This document shows, piece after piece, positions 7,485 to 16,895 of a stretch of 33,664 nt of DNA. The position numbers were made by a program, and so were the translations under genes. Origin of the DNA: Candidatus Thorarchaeota archaeon (GTDB taxonomy: Archaea > Asgardarchaeota > Thorarchaeia > Thorarchaeales > Thorarchaeaceae); the NCBI GenBank assembly GCA_016840795.1, contig JAEORS010000003.1, positions 1-33,664 of the forward strand, given 5' to 3'. The notes beneath the pieces were generated by a model. It ran no database searches, had not been told where the DNA came from, and was given only the letters and a program-made list of their open reading frames with translations. Numbering within the stretch: position 1 is the stretch's first letter; every line of letters begins with the position of its first letter.

Positions 7485-8714
7485 CTAAGTCCCAGAACCT
7501 CTCTTTTTCTCAATCTGACTTCGATATATGTCGAGTAGCTTCTTGGTGTGCTCTTTCAAGTCATAGTGCTTCTCCACGGTCTTCCTAGCATTGTTCCCAA
7601 GTTCCGATTGTAATTCCTCGTCTGACAGAAGGTTCCTAACGGCTTCAACTAGCGGGCTAACTTCACCCGGAGGGATAGCCAGGCCATCGTGACCGTGAGT
7701 GACAATCTCTCCTGGACCGTACACATTCGTGGTCACAACTGGGACCCCACATGCCATGGCCTCTATGATTGAAAGGCCAAAGGGCTCTCTCCTTGAAGGG
7801 TAGAGGAAGACTCTGCTCCTATTGATCAGGTCTGGTACTTTCTCGGTTTCCACCACTCCAAGATAGTCGACCATCTCCAACACACCCTTCTCTTCAAGAT
7901 CCTGGAGCAGCCTGTCCTTGTAGGATCCATCTCCCGTCATCAGCATCCTGAGGCCTGGAAGATGCTGCTTGAGTTGAAGAAGCATCTCGGGAAACAGGTC
8001 GACTGCTTTCATGGTTTCAAGTCTGCCAAGGAATGCAACATCCCACTGCTTGTGGATACCAGATTTGGGACTGAATACTGAGAGATTCACTGCATTCTGA
8101 AGCGTAGTCACCCTGTCCGTTAGATTCTCGGGAGACAAATGCTCTCGAAGGGCCTCTGCGACATTCTCGCTAACTGCAAGAACCAAGTCAAATGGCATAT
8201 GCGAAGCAAATTGTGCATAGTCAGTTGTCTTGGTCCCATTTGGTAGTATTAGTGGCTTGGGTAGGCCATGAATGGACACCACCATTGGTATGTCTGTCGT
8301 TTCCCCAGCCTGTTGTAGAGTTTCCAAAACGCGGTTGAACACCACGTAGCTGCTGTGCGCGTGTATCACTTCCGGCTTGACATCAAGAAGCAGTCTGGCA
8401 AGTTGCTCTACCAGCAACGATACATTCTGCTCCAAGTCATCTGGTGTGAACAGTTGCTCCGCAGCTACAGACCTTTCATCCTCAGACAGTGCGTAGAACT
8501 CCCACTTGCGTGCCTCCAACAGATTTCCGGGGAGATGAAAAAGTGTGTAGTGAGAACGAACAATCCTGTCTGAGAAATCACGTGCCGGTGCCTGAGTCAC
8601 TACGTACGGCTCATGACCTTCTGAAACGAGTTCCGCGGATAGGTAATGCAGTATCGCTTCGTACCCACCTAGACCGGCAGGGTTAAGGCTATCACAAAGG
8701 TGGAGAATCCTCAT
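7485..8714 (-). CDS. Glycosyltransferase family 4 (GT-B)
   Basis: MRILHL...GGYE, PEVIHAHS, FLGRLETMKA, YPSRREPFGLSIIEAMACGVPVV. Start set at ATG 8714. Confidence 0.93.
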   Translation of the reverse strand: MRILHLCDSLNPAGLGGYEAILHYLSAELVSEGHEPYVVTQAPARDFSDRIVRSHYTLFHLPGNLLEARKWEFYALSEDERSVAAEQLFTPDDLEQNVSLLVEQLARLLLDVKPEVIHAHSSYVVFNRVLETLQQAGETTDIPMVVSIHGLPKPLILPNGTKTTDYAQFASHMPFDLVLAVSENVAEALREHLSPENLTDRVTTLQNAVNLSVFSPKSGIHKQWDVAFLGRLETMKAVDLFPEMLLQLKQHLPGLRMLMTGDGSYKDRLLQDLEEKGVLEMVDYLGVVETEKVPDLINRSRVFLYPSRREPFGLSIIEAMACGVPVVTTNVYGPGEIVTHGHDGLAIPPGEVSPLVEAVRNLLSDEELQSELGNNARKTVEKHYDLKEHTKKLLDIYRSQIEKKRGSGT

Positions 8715-8773
8715 ACTCAGTCCTAGCCAGACTAGATCAAGGATGTCTAATCTATCTATCGAGGAACACGCCA

Positions 8774-9862
8774 GTGAATCGACGAGATGTGAAACAACCT
8801 GCACTGATTAGTCTCCCAGACCGCGTCCGCGACCGTGACGTGTTTCACGACAAGGATGGAAGAGTCTATGTCACCCTCGGATACATCCAACCGGCGAGTC
8901 GAATTCTCTCTTTCTTCAAGTATGCACCTCATCCTGATGGTAAGTGGGTCTCAGGAGAACGGCGGTACGAACGTATCTTCTGGGGCGGAGGGGCCTCAGC
9001 ATCTGAAGGCATGACAAAGGCTCCTGACGACTACCTAGTATTCGATGATCATTTCGGTGTTGAGCTTCTTGAAGTGCCCAGAGATGATGTTGACAAATAC
9101 TTCAGTCCTGAAATCAGACTAAGGGAGATTCTTGAAGAGGGGGCCAAAGACCCATTGGAGAATAGCGTGGGTGAGATGGCTGAGACTCTACACGACACAC
9201 TGGGAATCCCACTTGAACGACTGGGTGTCACAGGCAGTATCGTTTGGAAGGCACACGACCCATCTTTCTCTGACATCAATATGAACATCTATGGCTTTGA
9301 AGACGCGTGGCACCTCCAGAATAGCTACGATGAGGTTGCAGAACAGAACTCACACATGCGCCTAAGGGAACTCCACGAATGGGAACGCACTATGTCCAGA
9401 GTCGTTGCCCGTATTCCTGTTCTTCCTGTTGAGGACATGAAGACGCTGTTCACAAGAAGGAAAGGACTCCTCTGTCGCGAACGGAGTATCGGTGTCATGC
9501 CTATTCTCCTCCCCGACGAGGCTCCAATCATGCACGGAAGTGAGTCATACACAACATTGACGCCCTCTCCTGTGCGTGTCAAAATGGAGGTCACCAGCGA
9601 GAAATACGGTCTGTTTCTCCCCGCAATCTATGAAGGCAGTTCCCGCCCGCTCGACATCTTAGGGGGGGACCAGGTTTCAAGGATATTGCTGTATGAGGGG
9701 TCATTCCGAGGACTCATACGAGAAGGAGACAAAGTAGAGGTGTCGGGTATCATTCAGAGAGTCACACCGACACGAAACATGGAAGAAATCTTCTACCAGC
9801 TGATGGTCGGCTCGAAGGTGGGGGCGGGCAAGGAGTTCATTCGCCTTGTCAGTAATACCTAG
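8774..9862 (+). CDS. Predicted Pol-beta-superfamily nucleotidyltransferase (archaeal COG1665-like), degenerate DxN motif
   Basis: RDRDVF...YVTLGYIQP N-terminus; LGVTGS...SDINMNIYG; C-terminal OB-like YEGSFRGLIREGDKVEVSGIIQRV; visibly paralogous to 9859-10938. Confidence 0.75.
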   Translation: MNRRDVKQPALISLPDRVRDRDVFHDKDGRVYVTLGYIQPASRILSFFKYAPHPDGKWVSGERRYERIFWGGGASASEGMTKAPDDYLVFDDHFGVELLEVPRDDVDKYFSPEIRLREILEEGAKDPLENSVGEMAETLHDTLGIPLERLGVTGSIVWKAHDPSFSDINMNIYGFEDAWHLQNSYDEVAEQNSHMRLRELHEWERTMSRVVARIPVLPVEDMKTLFTRRKGLLCRERSIGVMPILLPDEAPIMHGSESYTTLTPSPVRVKMEVTSEKYGLFLPAIYEGSSRPLDILGGDQVSRILLYEGSFRGLIREGDKVEVSGIIQRVTPTRNMEEIFYQLMVGSKVGAGKEFIRLVSNT

Positions 9863-10938
9863 TACTCGACGGCACCTATGGTCTTGAGAACATTGGCTTC
9901 CCAACCTGATACATAGCTTATCGCTATCTGCTCATATTCTGTGCTCTTTCGCTCTACTTTCTCAAGAACGCCAGAAACCAAGACCTCCTCATCTCTGAAG
10001 GCCATCATTCGAAATTGCTCTATGTAGTTGAGAACTCTGGTGGGTGATGCGCTTGGGTCGCCATCCAGCACTTCAAGCGTTTCGATTCCATACTCGCTTG
10101 GCATGTAGTAGCCGTCATCATGCTCAGTGATGCGGGCCCTGACAGTAATCCGGTCCCCCGGAGTCATTGTTGCATCCTCAGCCAGGTTGTCAATCTCGTC
10201 AAATCTACGAATAGGCTCGAACTCCACCTTGAGGAAGGGTTCTCGTACTCCTGGCAGGATACCGTAGATTCCCTTTCGACGATGGTGCGCAATTATCTCT
10301 TCACGAGTTATCGCCTTAAAGGGAGAAGGCTTCTCCAAGAACTGCTCCACTTCCACCACAAACTCGTTGGCCAGATACCCATCCGGTTCAGAATACCATT
10401 CAAGCAGAAGCGGCCGAAGCTCTTCGAACGTCTTTTTTCCGTAGACAGTGATATCCAGATCCGAGTATTGTGGATGGTAGATTCCTGCTAGCAGGCTACC
10501 GAATATACCCAGATCCGACCGCCTTAACGATGTGTTCTGTACGAGATAGTCAATCAGTTCAACCAAGAGTTCTGCAAGGAGGTCATCAGGCGGGGAAGCA
10601 AGCATCTCTTTCAGGCCCATGTCTGTCCTGAGCACCTCACTAATGTCAGGATGCCTTACTCCAACAAGAATAGTGTCAAGAGGAGGATACTGAACTGTGA
10701 ACTTTGGATACTTCTCATTCACGAACTCCACACCTTCGGGCCCATAGAACTTGCAGTAGCCCTTCTTACGTATTCGTCTATCCAGCAGAGTGTCAGACTT
10801 GAATATGGACATAGGCACGTATTCAGGGTCACACACGTATCCCTCTGGGGGATGCCAGTATCCGTAGACGCGGAAGAAGATTCCTGGTTCTGTCAGAATC
10901 AGATCACGGTCTCTGAGAGTAATAGCTTGTTCAGGCAT
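9859..10938 (-). CDS. Predicted Pol-beta-superfamily nucleotidyltransferase (archaeal COG1665-like), intact GS...DxD
   Basis: LRDRDLI...FRVYGYWHP; LGIFGSLL...SDLDITVYG; C-terminal YIEQFRMMAFRDEEVLVSGVLEKV. Start set at ATG 10938 (MPEQAITLRDRD). Confidence 0.8.
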   Translation of the reverse strand: MPEQAITLRDRDLILTEPGIFFRVYGYWHPPEGYVCDPEYVPMSIFKSDTLLDRRIRKKGYCKFYGPEGVEFVNEKYPKFTVQYPPLDTILVGVRHPDISEVLRTDMGLKEMLASPPDDLLAELLVELIDYLVQNTSLRRSDLGIFGSLLAGIYHPQYSDLDITVYGKKTFEELRPLLLEWYSEPDGYLANEFVVEVEQFLEKPSPFKAITREEIIAHHRRKGIYGILPGVREPFLKVEFEPIRRFDEIDNLAEDATMTPGDRITVRARITEHDDGYYMPSEYGIETLEVLDGDPSASPTRVLNYIEQFRMMAFRDEEVLVSGVLEKVERKSTEYEQIAISYVSGWEANVLKTIGAVEY

Positions 10939-10967
10939 TGTCACATCCTGTCCCTTAAGATACGCGA

Positions 10968-12098
10968 ATGACGCCGAGTGATAATCTTTCCTTTCGACAA
11001 CCAGACTCATTAGGAGAAGCCGCCCTAAGGGTACCTGTGTCGTCCGGAAGGTCATATGTCAAGACAAAGGCCGGCGATGGCGAAACGGCCAGAAAGGCCC
11101 TCTTGGAGGCCAAACTCCTAGACACAGAATACAAGATAGTAGACGAATACCAAGACCTGTACTTCCCATTATCAGGCAAGGTTTCCAAGGCCGAATTGAA
11201 GAAGATTCTGGCTGGCATAGACTTCGAAACCGGCAAGAGAGAGTTTGTAACGGCACATATCGGACCGAAGACGTTGTCTGATGCTCTTGAGGGCATACTA
11301 CCCCCAGAACTGTTCGAACACCTACCACGTGCCTATGACCTCATTGGAGATATCGCTGTTCTTGAACTACCTGATGAGTTAGCTGACTTTGGTAGGGAGA
11401 TAGGTTCAGCTTTTCAATCCATGCACAAGAACTTCTCAACGGTTCTTGGCAAGCGAGGTGCCATAACCGGAACAACAAGAGTCCGTCGGTATGACCTACT
11501 TGCTGGTCAGAGAAAGACAAGAACCATTCACACAGAATATGGCTGCAAGATTGCAGTAGATGTTGCAAAGGCCTACTTCAGTCCAAGGCTGCTTGAGGAG
11601 CATAACAGGGTTGCAAATCTGGTTGTGGATGGCGAAACCGTGGTAGACATGTTCACTGGAGTCGGCCCCTTCGCGCTACACATTGCCAGAAGACATAGTG
11701 CTAGGGTCTATGCTATCGACATCAACGCTGATGCAATTGATCTACTTAGAGAGAGCATCGAGCTCAATCGACTGATAGGTGAGGTCATACCTATACTGGG
11801 AGATGCACATGATTACGTTCAGAGCAGTTTTGATGCAGATGTTGATCGGGTGATAATGAACCATCCAACTGGTGCCTTCGAGTTTGTAAGGGATGCATGC
11901 AAAGCTCTGAGGGAAGACGGATTCATGCATTACTACGATTTTGCAGGTGGAAAAGATCCTGAAAGTAGCGTTCAGGAGAAGATAGAGGGCCTTGTGAGAG
12001 AGTCGGGCAGAGAAGTACAGAGTGTTGATGTGATACGAAGAGTCCGGGATAGTGCCCCCTACGAGTACCAAATGGTTGTCGATTTGGTCATTCGCTGA
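10968..12098 (+). CDS. trm5: tRNA (guanine37-N1)-methyltransferase, Trm5/Met10 family
   Basis: AYDLIGDIAV, HTEYGC, AYFSPRL, VVDMFTGVGPFAL, DRVIMNHP. True start probably later (GTG 11037). Confidence 0.88.
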   Translation: MTPSDNLSFRQPDSLGEAALRVPVSSGRSYVKTKAGDGETARKALLEAKLLDTEYKIVDEYQDLYFPLSGKVSKAELKKILAGIDFETGKREFVTAHIGPKTLSDALEGILPPELFEHLPRAYDLIGDIAVLELPDELADFGREIGSAFQSMHKNFSTVLGKRGAITGTTRVRRYDLLAGQRKTRTIHTEYGCKIAVDVAKAYFSPRLLEEHNRVANLVVDGETVVDMFTGVGPFALHIARRHSARVYAIDINADAIDLLRESIELNRLIGEVIPILGDAHDYVQSSFDADVDRVIMNHPTGAFEFVRDACKALREDGFMHYYDFAGGKDPESSVQEKIEGLVRESGREVQSVDVIRRVRDSAPYEYQMVVDLVIR

Positions 12099-12513
12099 TA
12101 AAGAGAAGCTCACAATCAATGGCTGTTTCAGGCTGTTTTAACCTCTCTATGAGAGAACGATTAAGGTCTGAGGCCGCCTTGTCAGCTTGAATCATCAGAG
12201 TTCGCCCGCACACAAATGAGCTCTTTCGAGCCACCATGCTAGTCGAATCGGAATACGTCAGCCCGGGGTCCCCTCTTCCCTCAATCTCCTCAATCAAATT
12301 CTCCACATTGAGTCTCAGGACAATGCGCGTGTTGGGGGATCTGGCTAGTTCTTTGATCTCCGAATCGAATCTTTGGAGCGTCTTATTCGCCCGAATGCCG
12401 ACAATACACGTACCTGATGGTGTCAGAGTTGGCTCTGATGTAATCTCAACCGTGGTTCTATGATCCCCAGTGACATTTGCGTGTCCATAGGCTCGGAATC
12501 GCACTCTGCGCAT
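12088..12513 (-). CDS. DUF371 family protein
   Basis: GHANVTGDHRTTVEITSE, LTPSGTCIVGI, SMVARKSSFVCGRTLMIQADKAASDLNR. Start ATG 12513. Confidence 0.9.
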   Translation of the reverse strand: MRRVRFRAYGHANVTGDHRTTVEITSEPTLTPSGTCIVGIRANKTLQRFDSEIKELARSPNTRIVLRLNVENLIEEIEGRGDPGLTYSDSTSMVARKSSFVCGRTLMIQADKAASDLNRSLIERLKQPETAIDCELLFISE

Positions 12514-12572
12514 GCTTCCATGATTGCGCTCAACGCTTTTATCAATGCATGCCACATTGTGCAGTGATTGTG

Positions 12573-13250
12573 ATGCGCGACAGCTCCTTCGAGAAACAAG
12601 CCGAGAATCTCGCTCAGAGTCTTCGACGCCGAGGATATCTAAGGAGCGAGAGCGTTGAACGGGCATTCAGGACCGTTCCTCGAGAGGAGTTCGTACTCCC
12701 AGATTCTCGTAGAAACTCATACCGCGATTCACCTCTATCAATTGGATTGGGTCAGACTATCTCTGCTCCTCACATGTGTGTAATAATGTGCGAAGGTCTG
12801 GACCTCAGAGAGGGGCACAATGTCTTAGAGGTGGGAGCCGGATCAGGGTATCATGCTGCTCTATGTGCAGAGATAGTTGCACCAACGGGGTCCCCCAACC
12901 CGGGCCATGTATACACAATAGAGATAGTCAAAGGCCTAATCGATTTTGCCAAAGCGAATCTCGAGCGGTCCGGGTATGCCGATAGAGTGTCTGTGATTCA
13001 TGGAGATGGTGGAAGGGGGCTACCAGAGAAGGCTCCCTTTGACCGAATGCTTGTGGCAGCGGCAGCACCCGACATTCCTCCGCCTCTGATTGAACAGCTG
13101 GCACCAGGTGGCATTCTGCTAATCCCTGTGGGGTCTCGTGGGTTCTATCAGGAGCTCATGGTGGTTGAGAAAGGCTTGGAATCGAAAGTCACCAAGAAAC
13201 GGTGGGGTGGGGTTGCCTTTGTACCACTGACTGGCGAGTATGGTCACTGA
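12573..13250 (+). CDS. pcm: Protein-L-isoaspartate O-methyltransferase
   Basis: VPREEFV, GQTISAPHM, VLEVGAGSGYHAA, APFDRM, EQLAPGG, VAFVPL. Start ATG 12573. Confidence 0.95.
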   Translation: MRDSSFEKQAENLAQSLRRRGYLRSESVERAFRTVPREEFVLPDSRRNSYRDSPLSIGLGQTISAPHMCVIMCEGLDLREGHNVLEVGAGSGYHAALCAEIVAPTGSPNPGHVYTIEIVKGLIDFAKANLERSGYADRVSVIHGDGGRGLPEKAPFDRMLVAAAAPDIPPPLIEQLAPGGILLIPVGSRGFYQELMVVEKGLESKVTKKRWGGVAFVPLTGEYGH

Positions 13251-13957
13251 GGCTCTCTCACCCTATGAAGAGGTACCACTGAAAGCGTCACATAGTCATC
13301 ATCCTTCAGCTTAAGCCTCTCTCTGAGATCGAAGGGCGAGATCACCTCCAGAATGTCCTGTCCGTGATGTGTTCGCTGAGCAATGACTACGACACCATCA
13401 ACTTTCTGATTCACCATAACTCGATAACAGACGACATCTCCAAAAGTCCGCCCCTCGAGAGTGAAACCTGACACAATCAGGGGTGGTGACTGTTTCATTC
13501 TACTGACGGCGTTGCGAGAGTTCTCATCAATGACCTTCACATTAAGGGTGCCAGAAAAAGGCTTGAAACCAAGGGCCTTCTCGAATCTTGAGGAGTACAT
13601 TTCCACGTAGTATGCGCCTTCACCAAGGCCATGCACCACCCGACCATCTATCACTATCTCCTCCTCACGTGGCGCAAGAGCAAGCTCCAAGTTAGTCATT
13701 ATCTGGCTTAGCTCTTTGATGCCTTTACTTGTCAATTGTAGCACCATTCCACTTGCCGTGTGAGCCCGAGTCACATAGCCCTCTTCGACGCAAAAGGAAA
13801 TCCTTCGTGATGCGGTCTGTTGACTTACGTCAAGCATCTCTCCAAGTCTTCGGGTTGTTAGAATAGTCCTTCCATGAGATGCCCCTTCTCTCGCCAGAAC
13901 ATAGAGTGTGAACCAAGTGTCAGGTGCAATCATGTCAGTCTGCTCTCCGCTCTCCAT
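13244..13957 (-). CDS. ribK: CTP-dependent riboflavin kinase with N-terminal winged HTH (RbkR-type)
   Basis: N-terminal LDVSQQTASRR HTH; kinase motifs GLGEGAYY, GFKPFSGTLN, RTFG, RTHH, LEVISP. Confidence 0.93.
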   Translation of the reverse strand: MESGEQTDMIAPDTWFTLYVLAREGASHGRTILTTRRLGEMLDVSQQTASRRISFCVEEGYVTRAHTASGMVLQLTSKGIKELSQIMTNLELALAPREEEIVIDGRVVHGLGEGAYYVEMYSSRFEKALGFKPFSGTLNVKVIDENSRNAVSRMKQSPPLIVSGFTLEGRTFGDVVCYRVMVNQKVDGVVVIAQRTHHGQDILEVISPFDLRERLKLKDDDYVTLSVVPLHRVREPQ

Positions 13958-13961
13958 CCTA

Positions 13962-14597
13962 TTATTGGTTATCTCTCATGCGGTCTTCGAAGGCCTTCAG
14001 TTCTCTTACCAACTTCTCCTGCTGAATGGCTGAAGTTATGCTTCCACGTGTGCGCTCAATTATCGACCTAGCAACGTCGCTTTTCCTTCTGAGGTCGGGG
14101 ACCAAGGCATTCGGAAAGTCAAAGGTCTGGATTTCATCGAAGATCTCTTCCATGAACCCCAACAGACTCGTTGCTCTCTCGACGTCCTCTTGTCGAATGC
14201 TATCAAGCACAGCTCTCCTGAGTTCTCCTACTGTGTCTGCAAGACCAGTCAGATACGCTCTCGCAGGAATCCCGTACTGCTGAGGGGCTGTAAATCGACC
14301 ATCTTTCAGTAGTGAGAGGAGGTTTGCAGCCTCTGCCATCTCCTGATGGGCTACATCTAGATTCCTCGAACGAGCCATGAAATTGCTCTCCGTCACCTCC
14401 CTCAGGGCTCTCTCCACAATCGCATGAGCCTCTGATAGCAGTTCAGCAGCAGCAGCGAAGTCTCCTCTGTGACTCTCCTTTATTGACTCGCTACACTTTC
14501 TAACGGCTGACCTTGATAGTGGAAGTATTCTCTCGCGGACTCCATCATCTCCCTCAATCTCGGTTCTCAGAGGCTCTAGAATCTTGGATAGCTTCAT
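13962..14597 (-). CDS. Translin/Trax family protein (archaeal C3PO-like RNase)
   Basis: RERILPLSR, QEMAEA, YLTGLADTVGELRR, LRRKSDVARSIIERT. Confidence 0.9.
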   Translation of the reverse strand: MKLSKILEPLRTEIEGDDGVRERILPLSRSAVRKCSESIKESHRGDFAAAAELLSEAHAIVERALREVTESNFMARSRNLDVAHQEMAEAANLLSLLKDGRFTAPQQYGIPARAYLTGLADTVGELRRAVLDSIRQEDVERATSLLGFMEEIFDEIQTFDFPNALVPDLRRKSDVARSIIERTRGSITSAIQQEKLVRELKAFEDRMRDNQ

Positions 14598-14616
14598 TTC
14601 TGTCCCCGACCCCCGT

Positions 14617-15582
14617 CTATTGTATCTTCTTTATTTGTTTGCTCCTTGACAGAAGCACCACCCTGCTCTCAACCTGCTCGTCTTGTAGATAGTACCCCGT
14701 AAGAGCGGACAGTTTCCTAGAGAAAGAACGAATCTCCCGGTGCGACGGTGCATTGACGCTACTCATTCTATCCCTAGATGAGCCAAGAAACATGTACCCC
14801 TTGACTTCAACAAAGTCTGGCTCACCTGAGAGAATCAGCTTGGCAAACGAGCGCGGTTCATACATATTGTGACCAGCTACCATTGTGAGTCGATTCACAG
14901 TACGACATGAGAGTGAATGAAGCACCTCTTGTGATTCATTCAGTAGTTTCCAGCCATCGCGTATAATTGGTTTGCACAGGGCACGATATGTCTGTTCGTC
15001 TGGCGCGGCCAATGTTATGTAGAGCTGCGTGGGGAGAGTCATATTGGATAAAACATCCGGTCGTGTTCCATTGGTCACTAGGAATGTTGACATTCCTCGA
15101 TTGCCCCCCTCCTCAATCAGTTCACTCAGGAACGGATACAGCGTTGGCTCGCCCGCCAATGAGATTGCTAGATGTCTAGGTTCTCTAGCCTCACGATATC
15201 TATTCTCTGGCACATTAGCTCCGATTTCGGGATTGAATCCTCCTAGAGACCTTAGGTTAGCCATCAGCACTTCATCGAGCAGGTCAGATGGTGCCAGAAC
15301 TTCATTCTTTGTAACGCTAGTCTGATTCCATCCCGTTCCAAGGTCTGATGGAGTCACCCGCCAACAGAAGTCACAGTTCTGAGTACACTTGTCCACTACT
15401 GGAGTCATCTGCAAACATCTGTGACTCTCAATGCCATAGAATCGCTGCTTGTAGCAGACATCTCCATATAGTAGACTCTTCTTTTGCCATTGGCATGCCT
15501 TGAATGCTCCTCGCTGTCCAAGGAGGTGATACCCTTGCCGCTTGAGCTTCTCTCTCAATTCTGTAGGCATTTCCGGACTCAA
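14617..15582 (-). CDS. taw1: tRNA 4-demethylwyosine synthase (radical SAM, TYW1/Taw1)
   Basis: KACQW, CYKQRFYGIESHRCLQMTP, CTQNCDFCWR, AISLAGEPTLYP, FVEVKGYMFLGSSR. Confidence 0.95.
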   Translation of the reverse strand: MSPEMPTELREKLKRQGYHLLGQRGAFKACQWQKKSLLYGDVCYKQRFYGIESHRCLQMTPVVDKCTQNCDFCWRVTPSDLGTGWNQTSVTKNEVLAPSDLLDEVLMANLRSLGGFNPEIGANVPENRYREAREPRHLAISLAGEPTLYPFLSELIEEGGNRGMSTFLVTNGTRPDVLSNMTLPTQLYITLAAPDEQTYRALCKPIIRDGWKLLNESQEVLHSLSCRTVNRLTMVAGHNMYEPRSFAKLILSGEPDFVEVKGYMFLGSSRDRMSSVNAPSHREIRSFSRKLSALTGYYLQDEQVESRVVLLSRSKQIKKIQ

Positions 15583-15612
15583 TGGTGTCGTCGGCCAAGA
15601 CTGCGTCGTGTC

Positions 15613-16881
15613 TTATGAGCATTTGGCATTGTACTCTCCGTTGGAGGCCAGTTCCGCAGCCATGGTCTCTTGCACACTCCAAGAACCAGTAAGCACTCCC
15701 CTTCTGGAGAGCTCTCCTAATGCACTACGACTCTCTGGGTCTAGAATTCCTGGCGGCATGTTCTCGAAGGCACTTCCAGGAAGAGGCATGAATACATGTC
15801 CGTGCACCATCGCTCCCATCTTTGCTAGCTCTTCACACATCTCGATGCTGGCTCTCAGTTCCTTCTCTGTTTCTCCAGGTAGTCCAAACATCATGTCAAC
15901 GTGTGGTGTGAAACCACAATCGAAAGACAATCGAATCGCATCCAGTCCGTCTTCTACGGTGTGACAACGATTTGCAATATCTAGGACTCTGTCACTCGCT
16001 GATTGGAGTCCAATCTGGAGCGTTCTATTGGCCACATAGTCACGCAGCAAATCAAGTGCTTCCTTGCTGACAAACTCGGGTCGAACTTCAGACGGAAACG
16101 CTCCAAAGAAGACCTCTTCAAGGCCCTCAACTGAGGTGGACTCCCTGAGTAAGTATCCCAGTTTGTCCAGATTCATCTCGCGTCCCTTTCCTCCATAAGA
16201 GAGAGCATTCGGCGACATGAACCAGGTACGTCGAAATCCCCTTTGTTGAACCGCACGATTCAGCCATCCGACGACTGAATCTACGGATCTATGTCTTACT
16301 CCTTTGCTGGTCAAGAAAGGCGTGCAGCAGAACTTGCAGGCAAACGGACAACCACGTGTCACCTCGACTGGACCTAATACGTTCATATCAAGTGCAAAGG
16401 GGGGATATTCATCCAGTTCGACCTTGGGGAGGTCTCTCGGCTTTGGATAGAACTCACTCTTCTCAGAGACAACACCTTCAATCTCTCGAGGGTTTCTATC
16501 ATTCATCAGATACCAGAGCAGGTCTGTAAAGAGCTTCTCTCCCTCGCCTACTACGACATAGTCGAACCCAGCGTCCAAGAGGTCTGCAGGACGAGCGCTA
16601 GCGTGAGGTCCGCCTCCGATTTGCGTAACCGTGTCACCAAACCGTGCCTTGATTCTCTTACTCTCACGAAACACTCTCTCAGTCTGTGTACTCATCACGG
16701 ATTGAGCAAGCAGTACTGGTCCCTTATCGACTGTCCTTCGAATGGTGCTATCAGACAGCTGAAATGGTGCACTCACCTGCAACTCAGCCAGTCGACTATC
16801 CATCTCTACAGCACCGAGAAGTGCTGCTACGCTATATCTCGAAGAAGAATGAGTACGGAAAATGAGATGATGAGGCCCCAC
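15613..16881 (-). CDS. B12-binding-domain radical SAM protein (TIGR04013-like)
   Basis: GGGPHAS, GEGE, EVTRGCPFACKFC, GAFPSEVRPEFV, FGLPGET, HVFMPLPGS. Confidence 0.88.
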   Translation of the reverse strand: MGPHHLIFRTHSSSRYSVAALLGAVEMDSRLAELQVSAPFQLSDSTIRRTVDKGPVLLAQSVMSTQTERVFRESKRIKARFGDTVTQIGGGPHASARPADLLDAGFDYVVVGEGEKLFTDLLWYLMNDRNPREIEGVVSEKSEFYPKPRDLPKVELDEYPPFALDMNVLGPVEVTRGCPFACKFCCTPFLTSKGVRHRSVDSVVGWLNRAVQQRGFRRTWFMSPNALSYGGKGREMNLDKLGYLLRESTSVEGLEEVFFGAFPSEVRPEFVSKEALDLLRDYVANRTLQIGLQSASDRVLDIANRCHTVEDGLDAIRLSFDCGFTPHVDMMFGLPGETEKELRASIEMCEELAKMGAMVHGHVFMPLPGSAFENMPPGILDPESRSALGELSRRGVLTGSWSVQETMAAELASNGEYNAKCS

Positions 16882-16895
16882 TCAAGACACACGCG

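Noticed and set aside
8774-10938. MNT-HEPN toxin-antitoxin or CBASS cyclase interpretation of the NTases
   Set aside because: The proteins are ~360 aa three-domain forms, with no HEPN partner and no CBASS effector or ancillary genes adjacent.
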